A stretch of DNA of 27,419 nt from a virus (IMGVR_UViG_3300042549_011229:1-27419); one strand, 5' to 3'; shown: positions 8,786 to 18,354, numbered from the stretch's first letter. Translations and numbers: made by a program. Notes: generated by a model not told the origin, from the sequence alone.

Positions 8786-9251
8786 GGCGGCGCAGGTTCT
8801 GCCGTTCCGCGCCGACCATCTGCGGGCCCTGACGCTGCAGCCGGCCCAGGCCGCCTGGCGCGGCCGGATCGATGGCGAGACCGGGGACGCCCTGGAGCAG
8901 GGGGGACTGGCCTGGACCCTGATGCGGGCCGGGCGGGTCATCGGCTGTGGCGGGGTCATCGACCGGGGATCGGGGCGGGGCGAGGCCTGGGCCCTGATCG
9001 CCCAGGACGCCGGTCCCGCCATGCTGGCCGCCACCCGGGCGGTGCGCCGCTATTTCCAGACCGCGCCCTTCCGCCGGATCGAGGCGGCGACCGCATGCCG
9101 GTTCGCGCCAGGCCGGCGATGGGCGGAGATGCTGGGCTTTCAGCCCGAGGGCGTCATGCGGGCCTTCTGCGAGGACGGCGACGACGCGATGCGCTGGGCG
9201 ATCATTCGACAAGAGGAGAGGGGCCAATGGCCTGGGCCGGAGCAATCCTGA
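8775..9251 (+). CDS. GNAT-fold protein (T7 gp13-like position), 158 aa
   Basis: GRVIGCGG, GEAW and RWAEMLGFQPEGVMRAF motifs; overlaps the tail B stop. Confidence 0.75.
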   Translation: MKGEAAQVLPFRADHLRALTLQPAQAAWRGRIDGETGDALEQGGLAWTLMRAGRVIGCGGVIDRGSGRGEAWALIAQDAGPAMLAATRAVRRYFQTAPFRRIEAATACRFAPGRRWAEMLGFQPEGVMRAFCEDGDDAMRWAIIRQEERGQWPGPEQS

Positions 9252-9706
9252 ACATCGTCGGCGCCGTGGCCGGCGTTGGCGGCAGCGTCGCCGACGGGCA
9301 GTCGAGCGCCGCCCAGCGGGGCTATGGCGCCCAGTTGGCGCGAGAGAATTCCAAGCTGGTCGGCGACCAGGCGGCGGCGCGGGAACTGTCCCTGCGGCGG
9401 GAGTCCGGCCAGGCGCTGGGCGAACAGCGGGCCGCCGTGGCGGAGAGCGGAACCGGGCTTGGCGGCAGCAATGGCCTGCTGATGGCCCAGGACGCGGCCC
9501 TGGCGGAACTGGATGCACTGAACACGCGGTATGAGGGGCGACTGAAGATGCACGAGTACGACGATCAGGCCCGGATGCTGGGCCAGGAACAGCCCAGCGG
9601 CCTGCAGCGGGTCTTTGGCAAGCGGGGCCTTGGGGCCATCAGTCACTACAACTGGGCGCCCTCGCTCCACTCGGCGACCTTCGGCTCGCCTCAGCGGGGG
9701 TGGTGA
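9227..9706 (+). CDS. Internal virion / ejection protein (T7 gp14-like), 159 aa
   Basis: ATG 9227 after GAGGAG. Hydrophobic Gly/Ala N-terminus plus GEQRAAVAESG.GLGGS and ELDALNTRYEG motifs, in the canonical position. Confidence 0.8.
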   Translation: MAWAGAILNIVGAVAGVGGSVADGQSSAAQRGYGAQLARENSKLVGDQAAARELSLRRESGQALGEQRAAVAESGTGLGGSNGLLMAQDAALAELDALNTRYEGRLKMHEYDDQARMLGQEQPSGLQRVFGKRGLGAISHYNWAPSLHSATFGSPQRGW

Positions 9707-9710
9707 GACC

Positions 9711-12059
9711 ATGGTGACCATTCCCCGATACCGCCAGCGCACCACCGTGCCATTGGGCGGCCTCGACTACAGCCTGGCCTTCGGCCCGACGACCGGCGAC
9801 GCCTTCCGCGCTGTCGGCCAGGTCGCCGGCGCGGCCGGCGGCATCCTGGGATCGGTGCAATCGCTCGGCGGCGGCCGTGGCGGCCGGCCGGCTTCCGGTT
9901 CCACTGGGGGCGAGCATCAGGGTGCGCCCCATGACTCCCGAGCCACGGGCGAAGGCTTCATCGACGGCGCGGCCGCGGACACCGAGGCCAAGGCGGCCGA
10001 TGTCGGCTGGCGGCGACAGGTGGCCGAATTGATGCGGGGCCTGCAGCATCAGGCGGACCGCAGCCCTCCGGCGGTCGAGGGGTCGGCGCCGGTCCAGGGT
10101 CCGGGCGCCGGCCTGGATGCGGGTCTGGCGGGCCTGCTGGGCGCGTTGCAGGACAGCCGGACTGAGGCGGCGAACGGCCTGGAGCCCGCCGCGAGGGCGC
10201 GGTTCGAAGCGGTCAGCGCCCGCCGTGAACCGGGCTTCGTCGCCGAGGCGGCGGCGCGGATGGCGCAGCAGACCAAGGCGCGGGCCCAGACGGTTTCTCT
10301 GGAGCGTGAAGCCCAGGGGGTGGCCGAGTTCGTCCGTCTCAGCGACATCGACGCGGACCAGGCGCGCGACGCCCTGGCTTCGGCGGTGGCGGAACGGACC
10401 GCGCGGCTGAGCGCCGAAGGGCTAGCCGCGGAGGTGGTGCGGACGGCTCGGCGGGACCTGCTGTCGCAGGCTCACGCCCAGCGGATCACCCAGGCGATCA
10501 GCCGCGATCCGGCGGCGGCCGAGGCCCTGCTGGAGGCCGATGGCGGGCTGATCGAGCCGGCGGCGCGGGACGGCCTGGCCGTGGCCATCCAGGACGAGCG
10601 CACCCGTACGGACGCGCGGGATCAAGTCGCGGCCCTGGCGCGTGGCATGGCCGATGTCGCCGGCGATCTCGATGGCCTGCTGGCCCGCGCTGGCGAGGCG
10701 GCGGGAAATGATCCGGCCAAGGCCGACGCCTACCGCGCCGCCGCCCTCGGCCTATGGCACGGCGCCCGTCAGGCCCGCGACGCGGCCGAAGACGCCGCCT
10801 GGACCGGCGTCCTGCCCCACCTGACCGGCGGGGCGGTCACCGCCTGGACCGACCTGCCGGCCGACGTCTGGCGCGCCTTGTCGCCGCGCCAGCAGGCGGC
10901 CGTCCGTGAGCGGACGGAAAGCCCCTATGGGGGGTCTGATCCGGAGGTTCTGGCCGAGTTGAAGGACATGGTCGCCAAGGACCCCGCGGGGTTCAAGGCG
11001 ATGGATTTGGGCGAGCTTTATGGGGCGCTGGCGCCGGAGGATGCGGCGCAGTGGCGGGCGCTGCAGGAGGAGGCGCGCACAAGCGGCAATGGGGCGCGAG
11101 CGGAGCTTGCATACATTTCAACGGTGTCGCGGGCCGTCGATCGGGTGATGCCGACGGGACTGGTCGGCGAGGGCGACCATGAGGCGTTCAGAAGCGGGGC
11201 CTACCAGGCGATCGCTGGCGCCGAAATCCTCGGAGATGGCAAGCTGAAGGCGTCCGAACTCGCGGACGCTTGCGGCGAGTTCCTTTCTGACTGGCTCGGA
11301 CAAAAAGAGCCGGCGGAAAGCTGGCAACGTCTGTTCGACGGCCTGATTGGCAGAAAGCCCGTGCCCAAAAAGACCGTTCCTCCAAAACCCGTCGTCAAGC
11401 CTCGGCCAGCGCTAAACCCCGACCTCGGCAGCTTGGCCAGGCTGATGGAAATCAGCAGCCGCAGCCCGAAGCCGGAGAAGTACTCATCCGGGCGCACGCG
11501 CGGCGGCCGGCCAGATTCCGGCGGCGTCTCGTTCGGTAGCTATCAGCTGAAATCCGCGAAGGATCCCAATACCCACAAGAGCCGCGTTGACGAGTTCCTC
11601 GCCGCTGAAGGGGCGAGGTGGGCCCCACGGTTCAATGGAATGGTTCCGACCGATGCGGGCTTCAAGGCCGAATGGAAGAAAATCGGGCTCAATGAGGCAG
11701 CGGCCTTTGAAGCTGCGCAGCATGCCTACATGAAGCGTACCCATTACGATATTCAAGTTACCAAAATTCTTAATGAAACCAGCGTCGATATAACAAATAG
11801 ATCGTACACGTTGCAGGATGTCGTCTGGTCGTCAGCAACTCAGCACGGACCACGCACCAGCGTTGTCTCGACCGCTGTAAAAAACCTTACCGGCTCTATT
11901 GGACCGTCCTTCACCGATGAGCAGCTGATTGCGGAGGTATATAAAGTTCGCACTAAAAAATATCCCGTAGAGGCGCCGCGGTTCGTGACGGAGGAGAAGG
12001 AGGCTCTGTCGCAGCTGGTTCAGGAAAGGGCTGCAAGCGCGCCGTTGACTCTACCTTGA
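9711..12059 (+). CDS. Full-length internal virion/ejection protein (gp15-like position) with C-terminal VgrG3-like peptidoglycan hydrolase (CT1, about 11407-12059), 782 aa
   Basis: Starts MVTIPRY immediately after the gp14-like gene, with an Ala-rich helical body and a Pro/Lys linker. The C-terminus (LGSLARLME..DSGGVSFGSYQL..AQHAYMKRTHYD..LQDVVWSSATQHG..RFVTE) matches the V. cholerae VgrG3-type muramidase pattern. GC content drops visibly in the CT. Confidence 0.8.
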   Translation: MVTIPRYRQRTTVPLGGLDYSLAFGPTTGDAFRAVGQVAGAAGGILGSVQSLGGGRGGRPASGSTGGEHQGAPHDSRATGEGFIDGAAADTEAKAADVGWRRQVAELMRGLQHQADRSPPAVEGSAPVQGPGAGLDAGLAGLLGALQDSRTEAANGLEPAARARFEAVSARREPGFVAEAAARMAQQTKARAQTVSLEREAQGVAEFVRLSDIDADQARDALASAVAERTARLSAEGLAAEVVRTARRDLLSQAHAQRITQAISRDPAAAEALLEADGGLIEPAARDGLAVAIQDERTRTDARDQVAALARGMADVAGDLDGLLARAGEAAGNDPAKADAYRAAALGLWHGARQARDAAEDAAWTGVLPHLTGGAVTAWTDLPADVWRALSPRQQAAVRERTESPYGGSDPEVLAELKDMVAKDPAGFKAMDLGELYGALAPEDAAQWRALQEEARTSGNGARAELAYISTVSRAVDRVMPTGLVGEGDHEAFRSGAYQAIAGAEILGDGKLKASELADACGEFLSDWLGQKEPAESWQRLFDGLIGRKPVPKKTVPPKPVVKPRPALNPDLGSLARLMEISSRSPKPEKYSSGRTRGGRPDSGGVSFGSYQLKSAKDPNTHKSRVDEFLAAEGARWAPRFNGMVPTDAGFKAEWKKIGLNEAAAFEAAQHAYMKRTHYDIQVTKILNETSVDITNRSYTLQDVVWSSATQHGPRTSVVSTAVKNLTGSIGPSFTDEQLIAEVYKVRTKKYPVEAPRFVTEEKEALSQLVQERAASAPLTLP
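10209..11406 (+). repeat. Master copy of the cassette repeat (core about 10565-10868 is shared by all six copies)
   Basis: Encodes RDGLAxAIQDERTRxxARDxVAALAxGMxDVAGDLDGLLARAG...AVTAWTDLPAxVW. It is repeated in direct orientation five more times downstream. Confidence 0.95.
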
Positions 12060-12060
12060 T

Positions 12061-12075
12061 GTTTATGTTTTGTTC
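12061..12075 (+). promoter_or_regulatory. LexA-like box (1 mismatch) before immunity candidate 1
   Basis: GTTT-atgtttt-GTTC. Confidence 0.55.
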
Positions 12076-12102
12076 TAGGGGTCTTTTTGAGGGTGTACGC
12101 GA

Positions 12103-12678
12103 ATGTACGCGACCAAGTCCCTGCTTGCCGGTTCAACGTTGTTGGCCGCCGCCGTGGGAATTTTCCTGACCGGTTGCGACAATCCCGCGCCGCGAGAAAC
12201 CGCGCCACCAGCACCGCCGGCTCAGCAGCCTCAGGACGAGGGCGAGCCTGGTCAGCCACCGGAGCACCGCCCAAAGGCATTCAGCACGCTGCCGGCCAAC
12301 TATGCTTTGGAAGGCACTTGGCGCCGACAGGACCGCGAAGGATGGATGACGATAACGGCCCTGCCGAAAGGACGTTGGCGAGTGCGGCTGCTGTCGTCCA
12401 GTCCGGACGAGGGTCCCGCTACCTCGGCGCCTTGCGGTCTGATCGCCGAGGGAGTGGTCAAAGATGGTTGGCTACTCGCATATATCGTACCGTACGACGA
12501 CGATGAGCTGGGTTTCGGCGTTGGCGAAGAAGAGTTAGCGCCCGGGGGCCGCCTATCGGGCAAGGTTCTGTTTATCGAATTTCTCGAGGGGAGAGCCGCC
12601 ATTTACGACGGGGCGTCTTGGGGAATCTGCGGGCACTTGGCCGATGTGACTGGAGATTACTGGCGAGCCAGCAAGTAG
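12103..12678 (+). CDS. Lipoprotein, putative immunity protein for CT1, 191 aa
   Basis: Lipobox FLTG-C followed by a Pro-rich tether. Lies directly after the toxin gene and is homologous to 21067-21675. Confidence 0.7.
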   Translation: MYATKSLLAGSTLLAAAVGIFLTGCDNPAPRETAPPAPPAQQPQDEGEPGQPPEHRPKAFSTLPANYALEGTWRRQDREGWMTITALPKGRWRVRLLSSSPDEGPATSAPCGLIAEGVVKDGWLLAYIVPYDDDELGFGVGEEELAPGGRLSGKVLFIEFLEGRAAIYDGASWGICGHLADVTGDYWRASK

Positions 12679-12724
12679 GGAGCCGCCAGTCCGAAACGGG
12701 GGCCGGCGTCCCTCACCAGTCCAA

Positions 12725-13597
12725 GAGGCCGGTGGCGGGCTGATCGATCCGACCGAGCGGGACGGCTGGCCCTGGCGATCCAGGACGAGCGCACCCGTAC
12801 GGATGCGCGCGACCGGGTCGCGGCCTTGGCGCATGGCATGGACGATGTCGCCGGAGACCTCGACGGCCTGCTGGCCCGCGCCGGGGAGGCGGCGGGGGAT
12901 GATCCGGCCAAGGCCGACGCCTACCGCGCCGCCGCCCTCGGCCTATGGCACGGCGCCCGCCAGGCCCGCGACGCGGCCGAGGACGCCGCCTGGACCGGCG
13001 TCCTGCCCCACCTGACCGGCGGGGCGGTCACCGCCTGGACCGACCTGCCGGCCGAAGTCTGGCGCGCCCTGTCGCCGCGCCAGCAGGCGGCTGTGCGTGA
13101 GCGGACGGAGAACCCCTATGGGGAGTCTGATCCGGCGGTTCTGGCCGGGTTGAAGGAGATGGTCGCGAAGGACCCGGCGGGGTTCAAGGCGATGGATTTG
13201 GGGGCGTTGTATGGTGCGCTGGCGCCGGCCGATGCGGCGGAGTGGAGGGCGTTGCAGGAGGAGGCGCGCACAAGCGGCAATGGGGCGCGAGCAGAGCTTG
13301 CATACATTTCAACGGTGTCGCGGGCCATCGATCGGGTGATGCCGACGGGACTGGTCGGCGAGGTCGACGATGAGGCGTTCAGAAGCGGGGCCTACAAGGC
13401 GATCGTTGACGCCGAAAACCTCGGAGACGGCAAGCTGAAGGCGTCAGAACTCGCGGACGCTTGCGGCGAGTTCCTTTCTGACTGGCTCGGACAAAAAGAG
13501 CCGGCGGAAAGCTGGCAACGTCTGTTCGACGGCCTGATTGGCAGAAAGCCCGTGCCCAAAAAGACCGTTCCTCCCAAACCCGTCGTCAAGCCTCGGC
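12725..13597 (+). repeat. Cassette repeat copy 2 (matches 10533-11406)
   Basis: Near-identical DNA including the linker, up to ..GTCAAGCCTCGGC. A 1-bp deletion near the 5' end (GGACGGCTGG vs GGACGGCCTGG) breaks the upstream frame. Confidence 0.95.
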
Positions 13598-14214
13598 TCA
13601 ACCACCGAGTGGACTGGTCATTCGTCGCGGAGCGGGAAGCGGTGGGCGGAAAACCAAAACTCGAGCTGTATGTTCCCCAAGAAGATGGCGTCGTCTTCGG
13701 ACGAAGCGGGGTAACCCTTGGACTGGGCGTCGATCTCGGAGGCTTGACGGTCCGCGACCTGACGGCGCTCGGCATTGAGCCGGCCCTCATCAATAAGCTA
13801 TCGCCATATCTTGGCCTGAAAGGCCAAACCGCCCTCTCGTTTGTAAAGGCGAAGCCGATGACCCTGACGCTTCGGGAGGTCGAGACTCTTGATAGGGCGG
13901 TTCAAGAGAAGGAACTTGGGTCTTTGATCCAGAAATACGATGCGGAATCGAAAGTTGGCGCGTTTGTGTCACTTCCGGCCGGAACTCAAACCGCGATCGC
14001 AGATGTCTTCTTTCAGTATGGCACCTCCGGACCCAAAGAAGCGGCGCCCGATTTTTGGGGAGCCATAACCACGGGAGATTGGAACAAGGCGCACGAGAGT
14101 CTTATGGATTTTCACGACGATTATCCAGATCGTAGGAAATTGGAGGCCGGTCTTCTGTTTGACGACATCAGGGCCGGGCGACTTCCAACAGCATCAACCA
14201 TCACGGAAAAGTAA
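12826..14214 (+). CDS. Orphan cassette 2: truncated ejection protein plus pesticin-like muramidase CT (about 13598-14214); possibly silent
   Basis: VDWSFVAERE..LYVP..SGVTLGLGVDLG..KLSPYLGLKG..LPAGTQTAIADVFFQYG..FW..DYPDRRKLEA matches the pesticin C-terminal domain pattern. The native N-terminus is missing. Confidence 0.8.
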   Translation: MAHGMDDVAGDLDGLLARAGEAAGDDPAKADAYRAAALGLWHGARQARDAAEDAAWTGVLPHLTGGAVTAWTDLPAEVWRALSPRQQAAVRERTENPYGESDPAVLAGLKEMVAKDPAGFKAMDLGALYGALAPADAAEWRALQEEARTSGNGARAELAYISTVSRAIDRVMPTGLVGEVDDEAFRSGAYKAIVDAENLGDGKLKASELADACGEFLSDWLGQKEPAESWQRLFDGLIGRKPVPKKTVPPKPVVKPRLNHRVDWSFVAEREAVGGKPKLELYVPQEDGVVFGRSGVTLGLGVDLGGLTVRDLTALGIEPALINKLSPYLGLKGQTALSFVKAKPMTLTLREVETLDRAVQEKELGSLIQKYDAESKVGAFVSLPAGTQTAIADVFFQYGTSGPKEAAPDFWGAITTGDWNKAHESLMDFHDDYPDRRKLEAGLLFDDIRAGRLPTASTITEK

Positions 14215-14263
14215 CAACGGCCGCCCAGCACAGCCGAATTCTCCTTGCGGTTCGCTTCGAGAT

Positions 14264-14278
14264 GTTCCATATTTGTTC
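14264..14278 (+). promoter_or_regulatory. LexA box before immunity candidate 2
   Basis: GTTC-catattt-GTTC, exact consensus. Confidence 0.8.
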
Positions 14279-14313
14279 TGGTTATTCAGTCGTCATACGT
14301 CGAGGCTACGGAT

Positions 14314-14940
14314 ATGCGGCGGGTCTGCTCGTTTTGGGCTTTTGCCTCGATTGGTTTTGCCGCTGCCTTGCTTCTAAATGGCTGCGAGGATTCGAGCGGT
14401 AAATTGTCCGCGAGCGCGCATCGAGTTGATCCTGCCTTCGAATGGAAATTATCCAGAGAATATCTTGAGTCGGGACAAGAAATTCTAGATTTCACAAGCG
14501 ACGGCCGATATTATGCTTCGAAGCGCGAATTCTTTGGCGATGAGCGCGGAAGCCAAATTCTTGAAGACGAATTGTTGTCCGTTCAGCTGGCGGTAGCCCT
14601 TACGGGGCCGCCTCAGGACGTGGTGAGCCTTCCCGGCGGCGCCAAACTTCTCTGGGGTTGCAGGCTACATAGTTGCGATGAAAAGGGTGTCGCGATCCTT
14701 GCCAACGACAAGCGTGTAATTACGGCTGGACTGATACACTCCAATTGCGCTGTTGAGCAGATGCAAAGGAGGAGAGGTCGGACCGATTGGGCGGACCCTA
14801 TTCGCCCTTGTCCGGAATTATTCCTGACAATCTTTACTGACGGCTCCGCCGCCGCCGAGAGCAATCGAAAGTACATTCAGCAATGGGCCGCCTTGTTTAT
14901 TGGCCATATTAAGACGCCTGAGGTGATCGCTGTCAGATGA
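14314..14940 (+). CDS. Lipoprotein with Ivy-like CxxHxC loop, putative immunity protein for CT2, 208 aa
   Basis: ATG 14314 after GAGG; lipobox LLNG-C. GCRLHSCDEKG resembles the CKPHDC inhibitory loop of Ivy lysozyme inhibitors. Confidence 0.7.
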   Translation: MRRVCSFWAFASIGFAAALLLNGCEDSSGKLSASAHRVDPAFEWKLSREYLESGQEILDFTSDGRYYASKREFFGDERGSQILEDELLSVQLAVALTGPPQDVVSLPGGAKLLWGCRLHSCDEKGVAILANDKRVITAGLIHSNCAVEQMQRRRGRTDWADPIRPCPELFLTIFTDGSAAAESNRKYIQQWAALFIGHIKTPEVIAVR

Positions 14941-14969
14941 TCCGCTGCCATCGTAGCGGCTTTGGGGGC

Positions 14970-15601
14970 CGGCTCGGCGGGACCTGCTGTCGCAGGCTCA
15001 CGCCCAGCGGATCACCCAGGCGATCAGCCGCGATCCGGCGACGGCCCGGGCTTTGCTGGAGGCCGACGGCGGGCTGATCGAGCCGGCGCAGCGGGACGGC
15101 CTGGCCCTGGCCATCCAGGACGAGCGCACCCGTAGGGAGGCGCGCGACCGGGTCGCGGCCCTGGCGCATGGCATGGACGATGTCGCCGGTGATCTCGACG
15201 GACTGCTGGCCCGCGCCGGCGAGGCGGCGGGGGATGATCCGGCCAGGGCCGACGCCTACCGCGCCGCGGCCCTCGGCCTATGGCACGGCGCCCGCCAGGC
15301 CCGCGACGCGGCCGAGGACGCCGCCTGGATCGGCGTCCTGCCCCACCTGACCGGCGGGGCGGTCACCGCCTGGACCGATCTGCCGGCCGACGTCTGGCGC
15401 GCCTTGTCGCCGCGCCAGCAGGCGGCCGTCCGTGAGCGGACGGAGAACCCCTATGGGGAGTCCGACCCGGAGGTTCTGGCGGGGTTGAAGGACATGGTCG
15501 CCAAGGACCCGGCGGCGTTCAAGGCGATGGATTTGGGGGCGTTGTATGGGACTCTGACGCCGGAGGATGCGGCGGAGTGGCGGGCGCTGCAGGAGGGGGC
15601 G
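14970..15601 (+). repeat. Cassette repeat copy 3 (matches about 10444-11075)
   Basis: Direct repeat from CGGCTCGGCGGGACCTGCTG to GCGCTGCAGGAGG. Confidence 0.93.
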
Positions 15602-16468
15602 AGAGCCATGACGCCGGAGTGGGCCACAAAGCGGGCCCATCTTTCAACCGCCTCAAGCACTATCGATTCCGCCGTCGCCAAGGTTGCTTCCGGCTTTGAA
15701 CGCGACGCGCTGCGAGCCCGACTTTACGAGAGCATATGGGACGCGGAGACCATCGCAGGGGGTGATCTGACACGCCAGCAACTCATTGAGCTTTGCGCAG
15801 ACCCTACGTGGTGGGAGGGCTTAGCCCGGAAAATCTGGCCAGACGACAAACAAGGCGGCGAACGCGCACTTCCACCGCCTCCGGGCCGCGTGGAAGAGCC
15901 CATGGGCGCACGGGACGACCGTCTACTTGAACAGGAGCGCCTGTCGGCCCGGTCCGGGATGACGAAGCAGCAACGCCTTCAAGCGGATAGGCGCGACTTC
16001 GCGCTATCTACCTGGCGAGGCGATCCGAGAGTCCAGGCGTTTCTGGACATGATCTCGAAGGCAGAGGGTTCAGACTATAACTCCCTCAGCGGCGATCTTC
16101 CTGACCAGCCGACAAAATGGGAGTTCCGTAGCTTTGACACGCATCCAGGCTGGGGAGCCCTATCTACCGCGTCGGGACGGTACCAAATCACCGAACCGAC
16201 TTGGAGAGATTTCGGGCAGCGCCTCGGCCTCAAGGATTTTTCGCCGGACACGCAGAACCTGATTGCAACGCAGATCCTTATCGACGCGGGTGTTCTGGCA
16301 GACCTTCGAAATAATAACTTCCCCGGCGCGATGGATCGGGCCTCAAGACGATGGGCGAGCTTGGCTTTTGCTCCTGGGAAGCCCGGACGGTACGGGCAAC
16401 CATCTAAGCCATTTGAATGGTCAGAAGCGGAATATCTGTCGAACCTTCGATCTCGTACCCAACAATGA
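15053..16468 (+). CDS. Orphan cassette 3: truncated ejection protein plus lambda-R-like lysozyme/transglycosylase CT (about 16022-16468)
   Basis: RVQAFLDMISKAEG..YN..STASGRYQI..TW..LGLKDFSP..Q..WASL..YGQP matches the lambda endolysin R family. Confidence 0.85.
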   Translation: MLEADGGLIEPAQRDGLALAIQDERTRREARDRVAALAHGMDDVAGDLDGLLARAGEAAGDDPARADAYRAAALGLWHGARQARDAAEDAAWIGVLPHLTGGAVTAWTDLPADVWRALSPRQQAAVRERTENPYGESDPEVLAGLKDMVAKDPAAFKAMDLGALYGTLTPEDAAEWRALQEGARAMTPEWATKRAHLSTASSTIDSAVAKVASGFERDALRARLYESIWDAETIAGGDLTRQQLIELCADPTWWEGLARKIWPDDKQGGERALPPPPGRVEEPMGARDDRLLEQERLSARSGMTKQQRLQADRRDFALSTWRGDPRVQAFLDMISKAEGSDYNSLSGDLPDQPTKWEFRSFDTHPGWGALSTASGRYQITEPTWRDFGQRLGLKDFSPDTQNLIATQILIDAGVLADLRNNNFPGAMDRASRRWASLAFAPGKPGRYGQPSKPFEWSEAEYLSNLRSRTQQ

Positions 16469-16499
16469 TGTGTTTCCGCGCAGATGCCTCTAAGCGCCC

Positions 16500-16530
16500 T
16501 TGACGGAGCAACAAAGTTCGCATTTTGTTC
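16500..16530 (+). promoter_or_regulatory. -35-like TTGACG plus LexA box before immunity candidate 3
   Basis: TTGACG at 16500-16505 and GTTC-gcatttt-GTTC at 16516-16530. Confidence 0.8.
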
Positions 16531-16568
16531 CTCTTCTGCCGTCTACTCGATCTTAGGGTAACCGTGTC

Positions 16569-17597
16569 ATGAGAGTGTCTCCCCGACGCGCCGTTTTGCC
16601 GTTGGCCTGCTTAAGCCTGTCCCTCGCCGCTTGCGGCAACCCGGCTTCCAACCTGCCGGTCGCCGAGGCCGCCTCGATGGATGCGGTTCCAACCCTAAGA
16701 GCCACCGGTGATGCTGCACCTGCTGCCGCCGCCAAGCCGGCGCCTGTTGGTGGTATGCATGAAACCGCCGATAGCCTTGCAGGCTGGCGGCGGGAAGTCT
16801 GTCCGGCCATGGGTAAAGAGTATGATTTGACCGACCGCGATACGCCAGCGTTGGCGCTGGCAATTAGGTCCGATGACTGGGTCAAGGCGAGGCAAATTCT
16901 ACTCTTTGGGCCCATCGAGCCAAGTGGTCTGACCATCGAGCAGGCGGCGAGACTCAAGACGGAACGGGCGTCCATCCGGATGATCCGCGCAGCCGCGGTC
17001 GGAGATGTCGCCGAGTTGGATCGGCTGGTCACCAAGGGCGGCAACCCGAACATCAACATCGCGATGGACGAAACGATGACGCCGCTGGCCTGGGCCGCCA
17101 AGTGCAACAATGTTGCTGCTGTGAAATACCTGATTTCAAAAGGGGCGAAGGTAAATGATCCGGTTGTCTACGCCATTGGCCGAGGAGAGTATCGCAACAG
17201 CAGCGCCTTGATGTGGGCGACCAGGCTCGGTTCAGAAGGCGCGGTGGCCGTCTTGTTGAAAGCCGGTGCGGATCCGAACATGCAGGTTCGCTTCAAGGTC
17301 CTTGGTGTGGGTGACGGGCTGGGGGAGACCGCCTTGCTCTTGTCGCCGACACTGAGTCTCACGCGGCGTCTACTGGCGGCTGGCGCAGACCCCAACCAAG
17401 CTACAAGCGAAGGCGAGGTTCGCCTAATGGCAACGGCCCGGTCCAACGATATTGAAGAAGCAACGCTGTTGATGAAATTCGGGGCGACGGTGAATTTGGT
17501 CAATAAAGATATGAAGACGCCAATCGATCTGGCCCGCGAAGGTGGTCACGGCGAAATGGTCAGGCTCCTGCTTGAGAAGCCCGATTCTGAAAACTAG
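16569..17597 (+). CDS. Ankyrin-repeat lipoprotein, putative immunity protein for CT3, 342 aa
   Basis: Lipobox LAA-C. Ankyrin motifs TPLAWAA, ALMWA..LLKAGADPN and KTPIDLA. Confidence 0.82.
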   Translation: MRVSPRRAVLPLACLSLSLAACGNPASNLPVAEAASMDAVPTLRATGDAAPAAAAKPAPVGGMHETADSLAGWRREVCPAMGKEYDLTDRDTPALALAIRSDDWVKARQILLFGPIEPSGLTIEQAARLKTERASIRMIRAAAVGDVAELDRLVTKGGNPNINIAMDETMTPLAWAAKCNNVAAVKYLISKGAKVNDPVVYAIGRGEYRNSSALMWATRLGSEGAVAVLLKAGADPNMQVRFKVLGVGDGLGETALLLSPTLSLTRRLLAAGADPNQATSEGEVRLMATARSNDIEEATLLMKFGATVNLVNKDMKTPIDLAREGGHGEMVRLLLEKPDSEN

Positions 17598-17639
17598 CCT
17601 TCACTGCGTAAACTAACCTATCTGGCAGCGCCCCCGCAT

Positions 17640-18280
17640 CGACATCGACCCGGACCAGGCGCGCGACGCCCTGGCCTCGGCGGTGGCGGAGCGAACCGCG
17701 CGGCTGAGCGCCGAAGGGCTGGACGCGGAGGCGGTGCGGACGGCTCGGCGGGACCTGCTGTCGCAGGCTCACGCTCAGCGGATCACCCAGGCGATCACTA
17801 GGGACCCGGTGACGGCCCAGGCTTTGCTCGACCGTGACGGCGGGCTGATCGAGCCGGCCGAGCGGGACGGCCTGTCCCTGGCCATCCAGGACGAGCGCAC
17901 CCGTACGGACGCGCGCGACCGAGTCGCGGCCCTGGCGCATGGCATGGAGGATGTGGCCGGCGATCTCGACGGCTTGCTGGCCCGCGCCGGTGAGGCGGCG
18001 GGGGACGATCCGGCCAAGGCCGACGCCTACCGCGCCGCCGCCCTCGGCCTATGGCACGGCGCCCGCCAGGCCCGCGACGCGGCCGAGGACGGCGCCTGGA
18101 CCGGCGTCCTGCCCCACCTGACCGGCGGGGCGGTCACCGCCTGGACCGACCCGCCGGCCGACGTCGAAGAAGCCTCAGCCGGCCAAATCGATGATTGAAT
18201 TGAGAGATCGCTACGAGCGGTACCTTATCGAGGAAAGGGCGGTCCCGCCGAAACCCGGTCCGTTTGACAGGAGGCAGTAG
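17640..18280 (+). pseudogene. Orphan cassette 4: repeat copy (17640-18165) joined by deletion to the 3' stub of a lost toxin
   Basis: The repeat stops abruptly at GCCGACGTC (18165). An out-of-frame stub at 18167-18280 (KKPQPAKSMIELRDRYERYL...*) resembles the end of lambda-R-type CTs. Confidence 0.75.
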
Positions 18281-18299
18281 TATCTGCCTTCTTCAAAAC

Positions 18300-18323
18300 T
18301 TGACAAAAGTTCCTATTTTGTTC
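18300..18323 (+). promoter_or_regulatory. Perfect -35 (TTGACA) plus LexA box before immunity candidate 4
   Basis: TTGACA at 18300-18305 and GTTC-ctatttt-GTTC at 18309-18323. Confidence 0.85.
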
Positions 18324-18354
18324 TTATATCTCGCAGGCTTTTGGAGAGCTCGAG

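Noticed and set aside
746-9034. Long minus-strand ORFs (746-2689, 3827-5263, 6932-9034) and many overlapping short ORFs
   Set aside because: They are antisense or alternate-frame shadows of well-supported + strand genes in high-GC DNA and show no recognisable motifs.
1049-9706. RcGTA-type gene transfer agent
   Set aside because: The genes are podoviral (T7-like portal, tubular A and B), not the siphoviral HK97-type portal, protease and tape-measure set of RcGTA.
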